Of a DNA stretch of 64,000 nucleotides, positions 8,769 through 17,624 are shown in pieces (positions within the stretch are counted from its first letter, which is position 1; the number at the start of each line of letters is the position of its first letter). Under the pieces are notes generated by a model that made no database searches, was not told where the DNA came from, and saw only the letters and a program-made list of their open reading frames with translations. The translations under genes were made by a program, and so were the position numbers. Source of the DNA: Chloroflexota bacterium (GTDB taxonomy: Bacteria > Chloroflexota > Limnocylindria > QHBO01); assembly GCA_038040195.1 (NCBI GenBank), contig JBBPIR010000001.1, positions 489,141 to 553,140 of the forward strand. Reading direction: 5' to 3'.

Positions 8769-8832
8769 CGCAGTCCGAGTCGCGCCACTCTCAGCGAGGA
8801 AGCTGGTACAGGATCCTGCCTCCGGGCAACGG

Positions 8833-10152
8833 TCAGGATGGTGGGTCCGGGGGTGCCGTCCGCACTGAGCCATCCGCCTCGTCGATGATGACCTCGAGCA
8901 TGGACCAGGCAACGCGGAGGGCCATCTCCACCGCAGCTGGACTCGCGGCCCGGGCGAACAGGAAGCCGAGGTACCGGTCACCTTCGGGGAGCGGAACGAG
9001 CGCCTCCCCGCGCGGGATCGTGATCGACAGGCCGTCGATGTTGGGGACGGCCCGGGCGGCCGACTGACCGCGAACCTCGCGAAGCCGCCCGGCGTGCCGG
9101 ATCGGGAGCATGAGGACGCCCGACGCGGACCGCTCGCGGTGGTGGGGCGGCAGGTCGAGGCCGGCGGCGTGGCGGAGGATGAGCTCCTCCAGGCTGACGC
9201 CGGCGCCGAATCGAAGGGTCCGAGCGCACAGCCCGCCGATCGAGCGAGCGGCGACCTCGAGGACCCACGCCCCCTCGTCGTTCAGGCGGACCTCGGCGTG
9301 GATCGGGCCTTCGCGAAGGCCGAGCGCCCGAGTGGCCAAGGCGGCGGTCGCCTCAACCTCGCGTCGTCGCTTCGGGGAGAGGCGCGACGGGGTAACGAAG
9401 AGAGTCTCTTCGAAGAACGGTCCGTCGAGCGGGTCGGGCTTGTCGAAGACCGCGAGGACCTCGAGCTCACCGGCGCGGAGCAGGCCTTCGATCGCCAACT
9501 CGACACCGGGAATGAAGTCCTCGACCAGGATCCCGGGGACGCGCGCAGGTTTGGCGGGCGCCGCGGGCTTGCCGACCGTGGCGGCGGTGGCGGCGGTCTC
9601 ATCGCAACCGAGGATTCGGGCAACCCGCCGGAAGGCGGCAACCAGCTCGGCCGGGTCGTTCGCCCGGATGACGCCCTGGCTCCCCGACCGATCGAGTGGC
9701 TTCACGACGCACGGGTAGCGGGTATCGGCCGCGAGCGCAGCGAGGGCGGCCGGGCCTGACGTGGCCGGATACGTTGCAAATCGTGGGGTCGGCAGACCGG
9801 CGGCCGCGAACGCCGTGCGGGCGTGCGCCTTGTCACGGCTCCGCTCGACCGCGGCCACCGAGTTGTGCGGCAGGCCGAGCCGTTCGGCTGCCGCGGCGGC
9901 CACTAGGGTCGACCCGTCGTCGACGCCGACGACGGCATCGAGCCGACGTTCGCGGGCGTACCGCTCGATCGTCGCGGCGCCCCGCTCGGCATCGTCGAGC
10001 TGGACACGGATCGTCCCAGCCCCGGCCACCGACTCGAGCACGTTCCGTCGCTCCGCCCCGACCACCACGTCCACCCCGAGCCGATCCGCAGCGGCGAGGA
10101 AGTCGGCCGTACGGTAGGTCCGCGTCGGGAGGAGCAGGAGGATCCGGGTCAT
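8833..10152 (-). CDS. ATP-grasp domain protein (carboxylate-amine ligase-like)
   Basis: 439 aa. YPCVVKPLDRSGSQGV, ILVEDFIPGVELAIEG and FEETLFVTPS patterns of the ATP-grasp fold. Confidence 0.75.
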   Translation of the reverse strand: MTRILLLLPTRTYRTADFLAAADRLGVDVVVGAERRNVLESVAGAGTIRVQLDDAERGAATIERYARERRLDAVVGVDDGSTLVAAAAAERLGLPHNSVAAVERSRDKAHARTAFAAAGLPTPRFATYPATSGPAALAALAADTRYPCVVKPLDRSGSQGVIRANDPAELVAAFRRVARILGCDETAATAATVGKPAAPAKPARVPGILVEDFIPGVELAIEGLLRAGELEVLAVFDKPDPLDGPFFEETLFVTPSRLSPKRRREVEATAALATRALGLREGPIHAEVRLNDEGAWVLEVAARSIGGLCARTLRFGAGVSLEELILRHAAGLDLPPHHRERSASGVLMLPIRHAGRLREVRGQSAARAVPNIDGLSITIPRGEALVPLPEGDRYLGFLFARAASPAAVEMALRVAWSMLEVIIDEADGSVRTAPPDPPS

Positions 10153-10187
10153 GGCCGAATTCTGCGCCAGTTGTACGATTCAGCGAA

Positions 10188-10775
10188 ATGGACGCCCCGC
10201 TCCTGCTCATCACACGCGAGGCGCAGGCCAAGGTCGCGGCGGCCGCCAGGAGCGCCGGCTACCCCGACGCCCGGCTTCGCGTGGCGATTGCCGGTCGGCG
10301 CGGAGCGAGCTTCGCATATGACCTCTCTCTGGTTCGGCCGGACCGGGTCGACCCGGCGGACCTCGTCGTCGAGACCCCGCTCGGCGTCGTCTATGTCGCG
10401 GCTGCCGATGCCGAGCGACTGCGCGGCGCCACGATCGGCCTGGACGCCACCGTATCCGGCGGGGCGATCGCGATCGACAACCCGAACGTCGGCTGGACCG
10501 ATCCACTCGCCGTGCGGGTCCAGGAGGTACTCGACACGCAGGTCAATCCCGGCGTTGCCGCCCACGGCGGCTACATCGACCTCCTCGAGGTCCGGGACGG
10601 GACGGCCTACATCTCGATGGGCGGTGGATGCGTCGGCTGTGCCCAGGTGGACGTCACCCTCCGTCAAGGGGTGGAGGTTGCTATCAAGCGGTCCGTTCCC
10701 GAGATCGTCGCTATCGTCGACACCACCGACCACGCGTCGGGCACCAATCCCTACTACCAGTCCGCCAAGAAGTAG
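10188..10775 (+). CDS. Nfu-type Fe-S cluster carrier (IscA/HesB-like N-domain + NifU C-domain)
   Basis: NifU C-domain pattern VNPGVAAHGGYIDLLEV...GGGCVGCAQVDVTL with CxxC. The ATG at 10188 was chosen because the longer ORF from 9696 translates as Arg/Pro-rich junk. Confidence 0.75.
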   Translation: MDAPLLLITREAQAKVAAAARSAGYPDARLRVAIAGRRGASFAYDLSLVRPDRVDPADLVVETPLGVVYVAAADAERLRGATIGLDATVSGGAIAIDNPNVGWTDPLAVRVQEVLDTQVNPGVAAHGGYIDLLEVRDGTAYISMGGGCVGCAQVDVTLRQGVEVAIKRSVPEIVAIVDTTDHASGTNPYYQSAKK

Positions 10776-10899
10776 GGATGAGCATCACGCACTTCCTCGA
10801 TGGCGACTAGCCGATTCGTGCGCGTTGACACTGTCGTGGGATTGACCGTGACGACATGATTGCGCCCGGCACGGCCGGCCTCGGAGAGCTGGCGACCGT

Positions 10900-12654
10900 A
10901 TGAGCCCCAGACCAGAGAGCCGCACGCGCCCGTGCAACGTCCTGGTCATCGGGACCGGCGGGGCCGGCCTCAGAGCTGCGATTGCGGCCCGCCAGGCCGG
11001 TGTCGACGTGGTGGTCATCGGCAAGCGGAGCCGACTGGATGCCCATACCGTGCTCGCCGCCGGCGGTATCAACGCGGCGCTTGGCACCGTCGACCCGGAG
11101 GACTCATGGCAGCAGCATTTCGCCGACACCATGCGAGAGGGCTATTACCTGAGCGACCCGCGCGTCGTCGAGATCATGACCAGCGAGGCACCGCTGGCAA
11201 TCAATGAGCTCGCTGAGTGGGGCTGCCCATTCGCGCGCACCGACGACGGCAAGCTTGACCAACGCTACTTCGGCGCCCACACGTTTCGGCGCACGTGCTA
11301 CGCCGGGGACTACACCGGGCGAGCCGTCCTGTCTACCCTGGCCGAACAGGTGCAGAAGCTCGATATCCCGGTGATCGAAGACCAGTACGTCTCGCGCCTG
11401 CTCACCGCCGACAGCCAGTGCTTTGGTGCGCTTGCCTTCGATCTCCACACCGGGGATCGCACGGTCTTTGAGGCCGACGCAGTCGTCCTGTGCGGCGGCG
11501 GGCATACGCGCATCTGGCGTCGCAGCTCGTCGCGGCGCGACGAGAACTACGGCGAGGGCATGTGGCTGGCCTTCCAGGCCGGGGCGCGCCTGATGGACAT
11601 GGAGCTCGTCCAGTTCCATCCCACCGGGATGCTGCTGCCGGAGGAGGCCGCCGGCACGCTGGTCACCGAGGCCGTGCGCGGCGAAGGCGGGCGACTGTAC
11701 AACGCCGAAGGCGAGCGCTTCATGCAGCGCTACGACCCCCAGCGGATGGAGCTGAGCAGCCGCGACCGCATCGCCCTGGCCAACTACACCGAGATCCAGG
11801 AAGGCCGGGGCGGCCCCAACGGCGGCGTCTTCCTCGACGTGACCCACCTGGGCAAGGACGTGATCCTGGAAAAGCTGCCGCGGATGTACCGCCAGTTCGT
11901 GGAGTATCAGATGCTCGACATTGCCAAAGAGCCCATGGAGGTCGCGCCCACGGCGCACTACTCGATGGGCGGGATCGTGGTCGATCCGCCGACCCACGCC
12001 ACCGACGTTGGCGGACTGTACGCCGCCGGCGAATGCACGGCGGGACTGCACGGTGCCAACCGGCTGGGTGGCAACTCGCTGGTGGAGACTCTGGTGTTCG
12101 GTCGGCGCGCCGGTGAGGCAGCGGCGCGATCTTCGCTGGAGCGCGAATCGCGGCTTCGCTCCAAACAAGTCACCGACGAGGCACACGCCGACCTCGACAG
12201 GCTGATCGACAACGGTACCGAGCTCAGCCGGGCCCTGCAGCGCGCGGTCCGCAACATCATGTGGGAGCACTGCGGCGTGGTGCGCGAAGCCAGCGACATG
12301 GAGCGGGCACTCGGCATGCTGGACGAGGTCCGCTCAGCGCTGCCGAGCGTCGACGTGCGCCCCAGCGAAGAGGGATGGGGCGACCTGGCCCACGTCCTCG
12401 ACGTCCAGGCCATGCTGGGCACCGCCGAAGCCACCCTGCGGGGGGCGATCGCGCGCGAAGAGAGCCGTGGTGCGCACAACCGTTCGGACTTCCCGGAGCT
12501 GGATCCGGCGATGGAGGTCAATTTCATCGTCGGGCGCGGCAGTGACGCCCGGATGGCGCTGGAACCCGCACCCGTTCCGGCGGTCTCCGTGGAGCTCCGA
12601 TCGTGGCTCGCGCGAGCGGGGAATATCGACCCCGCGGGGCGGCTTCTAGAATGA
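10900..12654 (+). CDS. SdhA/FrdA/NadB-family FAD flavoprotein, orphan (no Fe-S or membrane partner genes adjacent)
   Basis: 584 aa. VLVIGTGGAGLRAAI, AHTVLAAGG, VQFHPTG, TEAVRGEGG, AHYSMGG and GANRLGGNSL motifs. Confidence 0.8.
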   Translation: MSPRPESRTRPCNVLVIGTGGAGLRAAIAARQAGVDVVVIGKRSRLDAHTVLAAGGINAALGTVDPEDSWQQHFADTMREGYYLSDPRVVEIMTSEAPLAINELAEWGCPFARTDDGKLDQRYFGAHTFRRTCYAGDYTGRAVLSTLAEQVQKLDIPVIEDQYVSRLLTADSQCFGALAFDLHTGDRTVFEADAVVLCGGGHTRIWRRSSSRRDENYGEGMWLAFQAGARLMDMELVQFHPTGMLLPEEAAGTLVTEAVRGEGGRLYNAEGERFMQRYDPQRMELSSRDRIALANYTEIQEGRGGPNGGVFLDVTHLGKDVILEKLPRMYRQFVEYQMLDIAKEPMEVAPTAHYSMGGIVVDPPTHATDVGGLYAAGECTAGLHGANRLGGNSLVETLVFGRRAGEAAARSSLERESRLRSKQVTDEAHADLDRLIDNGTELSRALQRAVRNIMWEHCGVVREASDMERALGMLDEVRSALPSVDVRPSEEGWGDLAHVLDVQAMLGTAEATLRGAIAREESRGAHNRSDFPELDPAMEVNFIVGRGSDARMALEPAPVPAVSVELRSWLARAGNIDPAGRLLE

Positions 12655-12678
12655 CGCGCTCGCGTAGGTAGATAGAGC

Positions 12679-12694
12679 GGTCCGAAGTTACCGG
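12679..12694 (+). repeat. Third copy of the GGTCNGAAGTTRCCGG motif, upstream of the GH130 gene
   Basis: GGTCCGAAGTTACCGG. With its flank it shares 18/19 nt with 8722-8740. Here CGAAGT/ACTTCG also form a 6-bp hairpin. The motif is followed by TAGACT at 12725-12730 and the ATG at 12739. Confidence 0.6.
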
Positions 12695-12738
12695 ACTTCG
12701 TCGAACCCGCCGACCGAGCCGGTCTAGACTCACTGCCA

Positions 12739-13710
12739 ATGTCCTCCGGCCGCGCCCTTTTCACGCGCTTTCCCGGTAATCCGATCATTCGTGCAGCCGA
12801 CCTTCCCTACGACGCGAACGCGGTCTTCAACCCGGGCGCAGCCGAGGTCAACGGTGAGACCGTCCTTCTCCTTCGCGTGGAGGACCTCCGCGGCATCAGC
12901 CACCTCACCGTTGCCCGCAGCCGGGACGGGGTCAGCGACTGGCGAATCAACAGTGAGCCGAGCTTGCGCTCCGCCCCGGTGCGGTACCCGGAGGAGGTGT
13001 GGGGCATCGAGGATCCGCGGCTGACGTGGCTTGAGGAGATGCAGGCCTGGGTGATCGCCTACACCGCCTACAGCCGGCGCGGCCCGCTCGTCTCCTTTGC
13101 ACGCACGGCCGACTTCCGATCCTTCCGGAGGTTTGGCGCGGCGCTTCTGCCGGAGGACAAGGACGCCGCCCTGTTTCCGCGGCGATTCGGCGGCCGATGG
13201 GCGGTCATCCACCGTCCGACGCCGGTGCACGGGAACGCGAGCATGTGGATCTCCTATTCGCCCGACCTACGCCACTGGGGCGATTTCAGCCTGCTCCTCG
13301 AGCCACGCGAGGGCGCGTGGTGGGACTCGGCCAAGATCGGGCTGGGACCCCCGCCGCTGGAGACCCCCGAGGGCTGGTTGGTCATGTACCACGGTAGTCA
13401 TCTCACGGCCAGCGGCGCCCTGTACCGGACTGGGCTCGCCCTGCTCGATCTCGAGGACCCCAGGACCGTCCTGCGACGCAGCGACGAATGGGTGATCGGG
13501 CCGACTGAGCCCTATGAGCGGGTCGGCGACGTGGGCGGCGTCGTCTTCCCGTGCGGCTGGGTGCTGCATCGGGCGACCAACGAGCTCCGCGTGTACTACG
13601 GCGCAGCCGATACGTCCGTCGCGCTCGCCACCGCGCGCCTGGACGATGTGCTCGAGTACCTGCGCAGCTCCCCCCGGCCGACGCCGCAGAGGCGCCGGGT
13701 GCGCCTCTAG
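12739..13710 (+). CDS. GH130 family glycoside hydrolase/phosphorylase (beta-mannoside-type)
   Basis: 323 aa. NPGAAEVNGETVLLLRVED, GIEDPRLTW, AYTAYS and DKDAALFPRRFGGRW patterns of GH130. Confidence 0.8.
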   Translation: MSSGRALFTRFPGNPIIRAADLPYDANAVFNPGAAEVNGETVLLLRVEDLRGISHLTVARSRDGVSDWRINSEPSLRSAPVRYPEEVWGIEDPRLTWLEEMQAWVIAYTAYSRRGPLVSFARTADFRSFRRFGAALLPEDKDAALFPRRFGGRWAVIHRPTPVHGNASMWISYSPDLRHWGDFSLLLEPREGAWWDSAKIGLGPPPLETPEGWLVMYHGSHLTASGALYRTGLALLDLEDPRTVLRRSDEWVIGPTEPYERVGDVGGVVFPCGWVLHRATNELRVYYGAADTSVALATARLDDVLEYLRSSPRPTPQRRRVRL

Positions 13711-16040
13711 CGGGCGACCTTCACGGCCGCCTGCAGGCCACGCAGGCTAGCGGGTGCCTGCCGAACCTCGCGGATCCGTTCCACGGCCAGCAGCCACGCG
13801 AGCGTCGACTCGGCGCCGCAGTTCGCGTTCACCCCATACGGACCCAGCCCGTCGTGGCAGGCTCCGGCCTGCGGGACGGCCAACGCCAGCCCGAGATGAT
13901 TCTCGCCGAGGAACCACGCGTAGGCGCGCTCCATGTCGTCCAGCCAGCGGGCATCACCGGTCACGATCAGGGCAGCGCGAGCGGCCTCCAGCAGCGACGT
14001 CGCTTCGATCGGCTGCTGGTCGAAGGACGCCGGGCGCCCACCACGGGGCCACCAGCCGCGGTTCCCGATGGGGACCAGGTGTCCGTCGGCGTCCGTCTGC
14101 GCGGCGAGCAGCCAGTCCAGCAGGCGGGCGCCGAGCTCGACCCAGCGGTCCTGGTTCAGCAAGTCGCCGGCGCTGAGGAGCGCCTGCGGCAGGGTCCCGT
14201 TGTCGTAGGTCACCGTCGCCTCTGGCCATGGCCAATCGGCAGTTGCAGGCGGGATGGATGCCGCCAGCGTTGTGGTGAGGCTCGCGAGCGATTGCCGCAG
14301 CGCTGGGCTCCCCGCAGAACGCAGGGCGGCCGCGCAGCCTAGGATCGCGTAGCAGCGTGGCCGGAGGTGAGCGAAGGCCAGCGCAGCCGGCAGGGCGGTG
14401 GTGAAGAGCTTCGACGCCAGGCGACGCGCCACATGGTCGTCGGAGCGGGCCAGGAACTCCCCGAGCGCCTGCAACGCGCGGCCGTGGCAGTCCTCGGAGC
14501 CGATCCGTTCAAGCCACACACCATCGGCACTCCGGAGGTTCCGGAAGCGTCCCGCCGCTGGGTCATAGGCGTCATCCAGAAAGCGCAGCGATCGGTGAAT
14601 CGAGGCCGTCACCGCTGGCCCTGGAGCCTGCTCCGCGTGGAGCAGATCCACCACCAGGGCACGCGCCACGTCATCGGTGCAGGTGCCGTGGCGCGGATCG
14701 GCAGTTTCGCCAATCGCATGCTGCCAGATCCCGCGCCCGGTCCCCAGGCGGGAAAGATGATGCCGTTCGATCCGCGGGAGGACCCGCGCCGGCAGAGTCT
14801 TGGCGGTGACGCGACCGTCAGACCGGGCGGCCTCTGGCCCGATCATCTGGACCGGTCGCAGCGCATGGCGCGCTTCGCCGGCCACCTGGGAGAAGATTGC
14901 CCGGTAGCCGTCGCCGACGGCGTCCCAACTCATGTCGGCGGCCAGCGCGCGTGCGCGGTTCCCGATTTTCTGCCGCTCAACGGGATGGGTGAGGAGCGCG
15001 AACAGCCGGTCGGCGAGCGCCTCGACGTCGTCGAATGGAAACAGGACCCCGCGGCCGTCGGCGAGGAGCTCCCGCGCGTACTCGTAGGGTGTCGAGATGC
15101 ACGCTCGACCGGCGGCCACGGCATATGCCAGCGTCCCCGAGGCAGCCTGCTCGGCGTTCCCGTACGGGGTGACGAAGAGGTCCGCGGCCTGCAGCCAGGC
15201 CACCAGCTCGTTGTCATCGACGTAGCGATCCACGAACAGGAGGTGACGCTCGAGGCCGAGCGCCTGCGCCCGCGCAGCGAGGGCAGCGCGATAGCGTTCC
15301 CCGTTTCGGAGCCGCACCTCTGGGTGCGTGGCACCGACGATCGCGAATCGAGTCTGTGGGACACGATCGCGGATTCTGGCGAGGGCATCGATCACCAATT
15401 CGAGGCGCTTGGCTGGACCAAGCAGGCCGAACGAAAGGATGAGAGGCCCTTCTGGCAAGCCGAGGCGGGCCCGTGCCTCGGCTGGGTCGACTATCTCGAT
15501 CTGCGGTACGCCGTGGGGAATGACCTGCAATGCATCGGACGGGGCCTCGTATTCGGTGCTGAGCAGGTGCCGCGCACGTTCGCTCATTACCACGACACGC
15601 GCCGATCGCCGCACCAGCTCGACGAGGATGGCGCGCTGGAGCGGTGTGGGATGGGGGCGGACCGTGTGCAGGGTGGTGACGAGGGGCACCCGCAACGCCG
15701 CCGCGAGCCCGAGGACGTGACGGCCGGATGGGCCACCGAATATGCCGTACTCGTGCTGGAGCGAGACGACCTCGGTACCAGCGACGGCCAGGTGGGCGGC
15801 GGCGGCGACATACGCCTCGGCGTCGGAGCGCTTCAGGCGGAAGGTGACCTCGGGCGGATACCGGGGCGGGTCCCGGCGGCCGCGGTCTACCGCGACCACC
15901 AGCGGTGTGCGCGCGCCCGGCGGTGTGAGATCTACCAGTGCGTCGCGCAGGTCACGCGTGAAGGTGGCGATCCCGCAACGCCGAGGCGGATAGGTCCCTA
16001 CCAAGGCCAGGGCCGGAAGGTCCTGCCACGTCGCGGTCAT
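13707..16040 (-). CDS. GT4 glycosyltransferase fused to a ~390-aa C-terminal domain of unknown function
   Basis: The N-terminal ~390 aa are GT-B/GT4-like (LALVGTYPPRRCGIATFTRDL, EQAASGTLAYAVAAG). The C-terminal half is helical and Trp-rich. The ATG at 16040 has GGAGGTGAGG upstream. The stop overlaps the GH130 stop as a CTAG palindrome. Confidence 0.8.
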   Translation of the reverse strand: MTATWQDLPALALVGTYPPRRCGIATFTRDLRDALVDLTPPGARTPLVVAVDRGRRDPPRYPPEVTFRLKRSDAEAYVAAAAHLAVAGTEVVSLQHEYGIFGGPSGRHVLGLAAALRVPLVTTLHTVRPHPTPLQRAILVELVRRSARVVVMSERARHLLSTEYEAPSDALQVIPHGVPQIEIVDPAEARARLGLPEGPLILSFGLLGPAKRLELVIDALARIRDRVPQTRFAIVGATHPEVRLRNGERYRAALAARAQALGLERHLLFVDRYVDDNELVAWLQAADLFVTPYGNAEQAASGTLAYAVAAGRACISTPYEYARELLADGRGVLFPFDDVEALADRLFALLTHPVERQKIGNRARALAADMSWDAVGDGYRAIFSQVAGEARHALRPVQMIGPEAARSDGRVTAKTLPARVLPRIERHHLSRLGTGRGIWQHAIGETADPRHGTCTDDVARALVVDLLHAEQAPGPAVTASIHRSLRFLDDAYDPAAGRFRNLRSADGVWLERIGSEDCHGRALQALGEFLARSDDHVARRLASKLFTTALPAALAFAHLRPRCYAILGCAAALRSAGSPALRQSLASLTTTLAASIPPATADWPWPEATVTYDNGTLPQALLSAGDLLNQDRWVELGARLLDWLLAAQTDADGHLVPIGNRGWWPRGGRPASFDQQPIEATSLLEAARAALIVTGDARWLDDMERAYAWFLGENHLGLALAVPQAGACHDGLGPYGVNANCGAESTLAWLLAVERIREVRQAPASLRGLQAAVKVAR

Positions 16041-16384
16041 CCTCACCTCCCGGCGCGGGCACAGCAGGTGTCGCGGATGGAGCGACGCCATGCCCGGCCC
16101 TGATGGCTGCGACGACCACGTGCATCAGCAGAGATCGTGGACCTGAGCAGCGGGGTCCGGATCTGCGAACACGCGTCGCGGCTGCACGTGCTCATGGAGC
16201 TGCGCAACTTGAGCGGGCCCCGTCGCGGGGCCTCGTGGTAGCACCCGATGGTATCGCCGGCGGTGGCCGCGGGTCAAATCGCCGCATTCGCGGCGAGCCG
16301 GCGTTCAGGTCGCAGCCGGGGCGTCAAACCGAACAGACGATCGCGCCTCCGATTCGTGAGCGGGGCAACTTCGTGCTCAGAAGA

Positions 16385-16459
16385 CTGGAGCCGAAGGTGG
16401 GATTCGAACCCACGACCGACGGTTTACGAAACCGTTGCTCTACCCCTGAGCTACTTCGG
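16385..16459 (-). tRNA. tRNA-Thr (anticodon CGU), CCA encoded
   Basis: 75 nt, hand-folded cloverleaf. Acceptor GCCGAAG/CTTCGGC, anticodon stem ACGGT/ACCGT with loop TTCGTAA, T-arm GTGGGTTCGAATCCCAC, 3-prime TCCA. Confidence 0.9.
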
Positions 16460-17339
16460 CCCGATCGCCGGCCGATTTTAGCGCCTCTCCCTTTGCGCTC
16501 CCCAACCTGACCGAGGGCGGCGCCCAGCCGTGGAGCAGCTCGTCGTGGTAGCGCGGCCCGCGCTCCAGCGAACGGGGAATGGGGGCCATCCGCGCCTTTC
16601 CGCGCTGGACCAGGGCGAAGTACGGGCACAGGTCGGTGAGCGGGCACAGGCCGCAGATGGGGCGCGGGGCGCGGCACACCTCCCGCCCGTGGCGTATGAG
16701 CAGCACGTGCCCGGCGTACATGGCCTCGGGCGGCACCACTTCCTCCAGCAGGTCGTGGGCCCGGGTCAGGTCGGTCTTGGGCGGGAGCAGGCCCAGCCGG
16801 GAGGCGACTCGATAGACGTGGGTGTCGACCGGCAGCGCGGGCCGGCCGAACGCGAACAGGAGCACGATCGATGCCGTCTTGCGCCCAATCCCGGGCAGGC
16901 CCACCAGCCACTCGCGGGCCCGCTCGAGCGGCCACTCCCGCAGGTACCCGAGGTCCCAGGTCCCGTTCGTGGCGTCGTGGACCTCGGCCAGAACGAGCTG
17001 GATGCGGCGGGACTTGGTTGGGGCCAGCCCGCCGGGCCGGATGACGTCTGCCAGTTCGTCGGTCGGCGCAGCCAGCACGGCGTCCCACGACGGGTAGGCA
17101 GCCCGCAGGGCCACGAAGGCGCGGTGCGAATTCGTGTCGGCCGTGTTCTGGGCCAGCACGGTCAGGACCAGCTCCGCGACGGGGTCCAGCCGCGGACCGG
17201 ACCAGACCGGCATTCCGTATCGGTCAGCCAGGCGTTCCAGGATGGGACGGATGCGCGCGCGCCGCACGCGGCGCAGCGCGGCCAGCCGGCGGCGGTTGAC
17301 CCGCGATCGCACCCTGCGAGGTCGTGCGGCGTCCGTCAC
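16440..17339 (-). CDS. nth: Endonuclease III family DNA glycosylase (HhH-GPD with 4Fe-4S loop)
   Basis: HhH LPGIGRKTASIVLLFAFG, PVDTHVYRV, and Fe-S loop CRAPRPICGLCPLTDLC. The GTG start at 17339 forms a GTGA overlap with the upstream gene. The 3-prime 20 nt overlap the tRNA-Thr. Confidence 0.75.
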   Translation of the reverse strand: MTDAARPRRVRSRVNRRRLAALRRVRRARIRPILERLADRYGMPVWSGPRLDPVAELVLTVLAQNTADTNSHRAFVALRAAYPSWDAVLAAPTDELADVIRPGGLAPTKSRRIQLVLAEVHDATNGTWDLGYLREWPLERAREWLVGLPGIGRKTASIVLLFAFGRPALPVDTHVYRVASRLGLLPPKTDLTRAHDLLEEVVPPEAMYAGHVLLIRHGREVCRAPRPICGLCPLTDLCPYFALVQRGKARMAPIPRSLERGPRYHDELLHGWAPPSVRLGSAKGEALKSAGDRAEVAQG

Positions 17340-17623
17340 GCGGCTCCCAGCCTCGCGGTCTCGCGGGCATACCCGGCCCAGGCCCCGGCTCCGAGTCGCG
17401 AGGCCTGGCCCAGGTCGACGATCCGACCCCGACCATCCTGCCGCGTGGCCCACGCGTCCGCGTGGTCGGGTGAGCAGAGCAGCACGGTTGGGGTGCAGAA
17501 CTCGGCCCTCAAGTCCGTTCCGCCGGCGGCCAACCACAGGCGCTGGGGTGGCTCGGCCTCGGCCCCGATCGGTACCCGGAGCGTGAATGCGGTGCGCCGC
17601 ACGATCTCGTCGACGTCTCGCAC
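17336..17623 (-). CDS. Small hypothetical protein; C-terminal pattern loosely reminiscent of the MerB C-terminus
   Basis: 95 aa with GC3-rich codons. The GTG start lies 1 nt after the glxK stop and a GTGA overlap links it to nth. FCTPTVLLCSPDHADAWA...LGAG resembles the MerB C-terminal region from memory only. Confidence 0.35.
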   Translation of the reverse strand: MRDVDEIVRRTAFTLRVPIGAEAEPPQRLWLAAGGTDLRAEFCTPTVLLCSPDHADAWATRQDGRGRIVDLGQASRLGAGAWAGYARETARLGAA

Positions 17624-17624
17624 G

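Larger units (their letters stand above)
8414..16459. mobile_element. Putative degenerate tRNA-Thr-associated genomic islet (no integrase)
   Basis: An intact tRNA lies at one end and a perfect 46-nt copy of its 3-prime half at the other, in direct orientation, with the segment downstream of the tRNA. This geometry matches tRNA-targeted integration. No recombinase gene is present. Confidence 0.4.

Noticed and set aside
16041-16384. An integrase or recombinase remnant next to the tRNA, also looked for in 8460..8832.
   Set aside because: No frame gives a tyrosine- or serine-recombinase-like peptide. Only low-complexity ORFs are present. A sensitive tblastn was not possible here.
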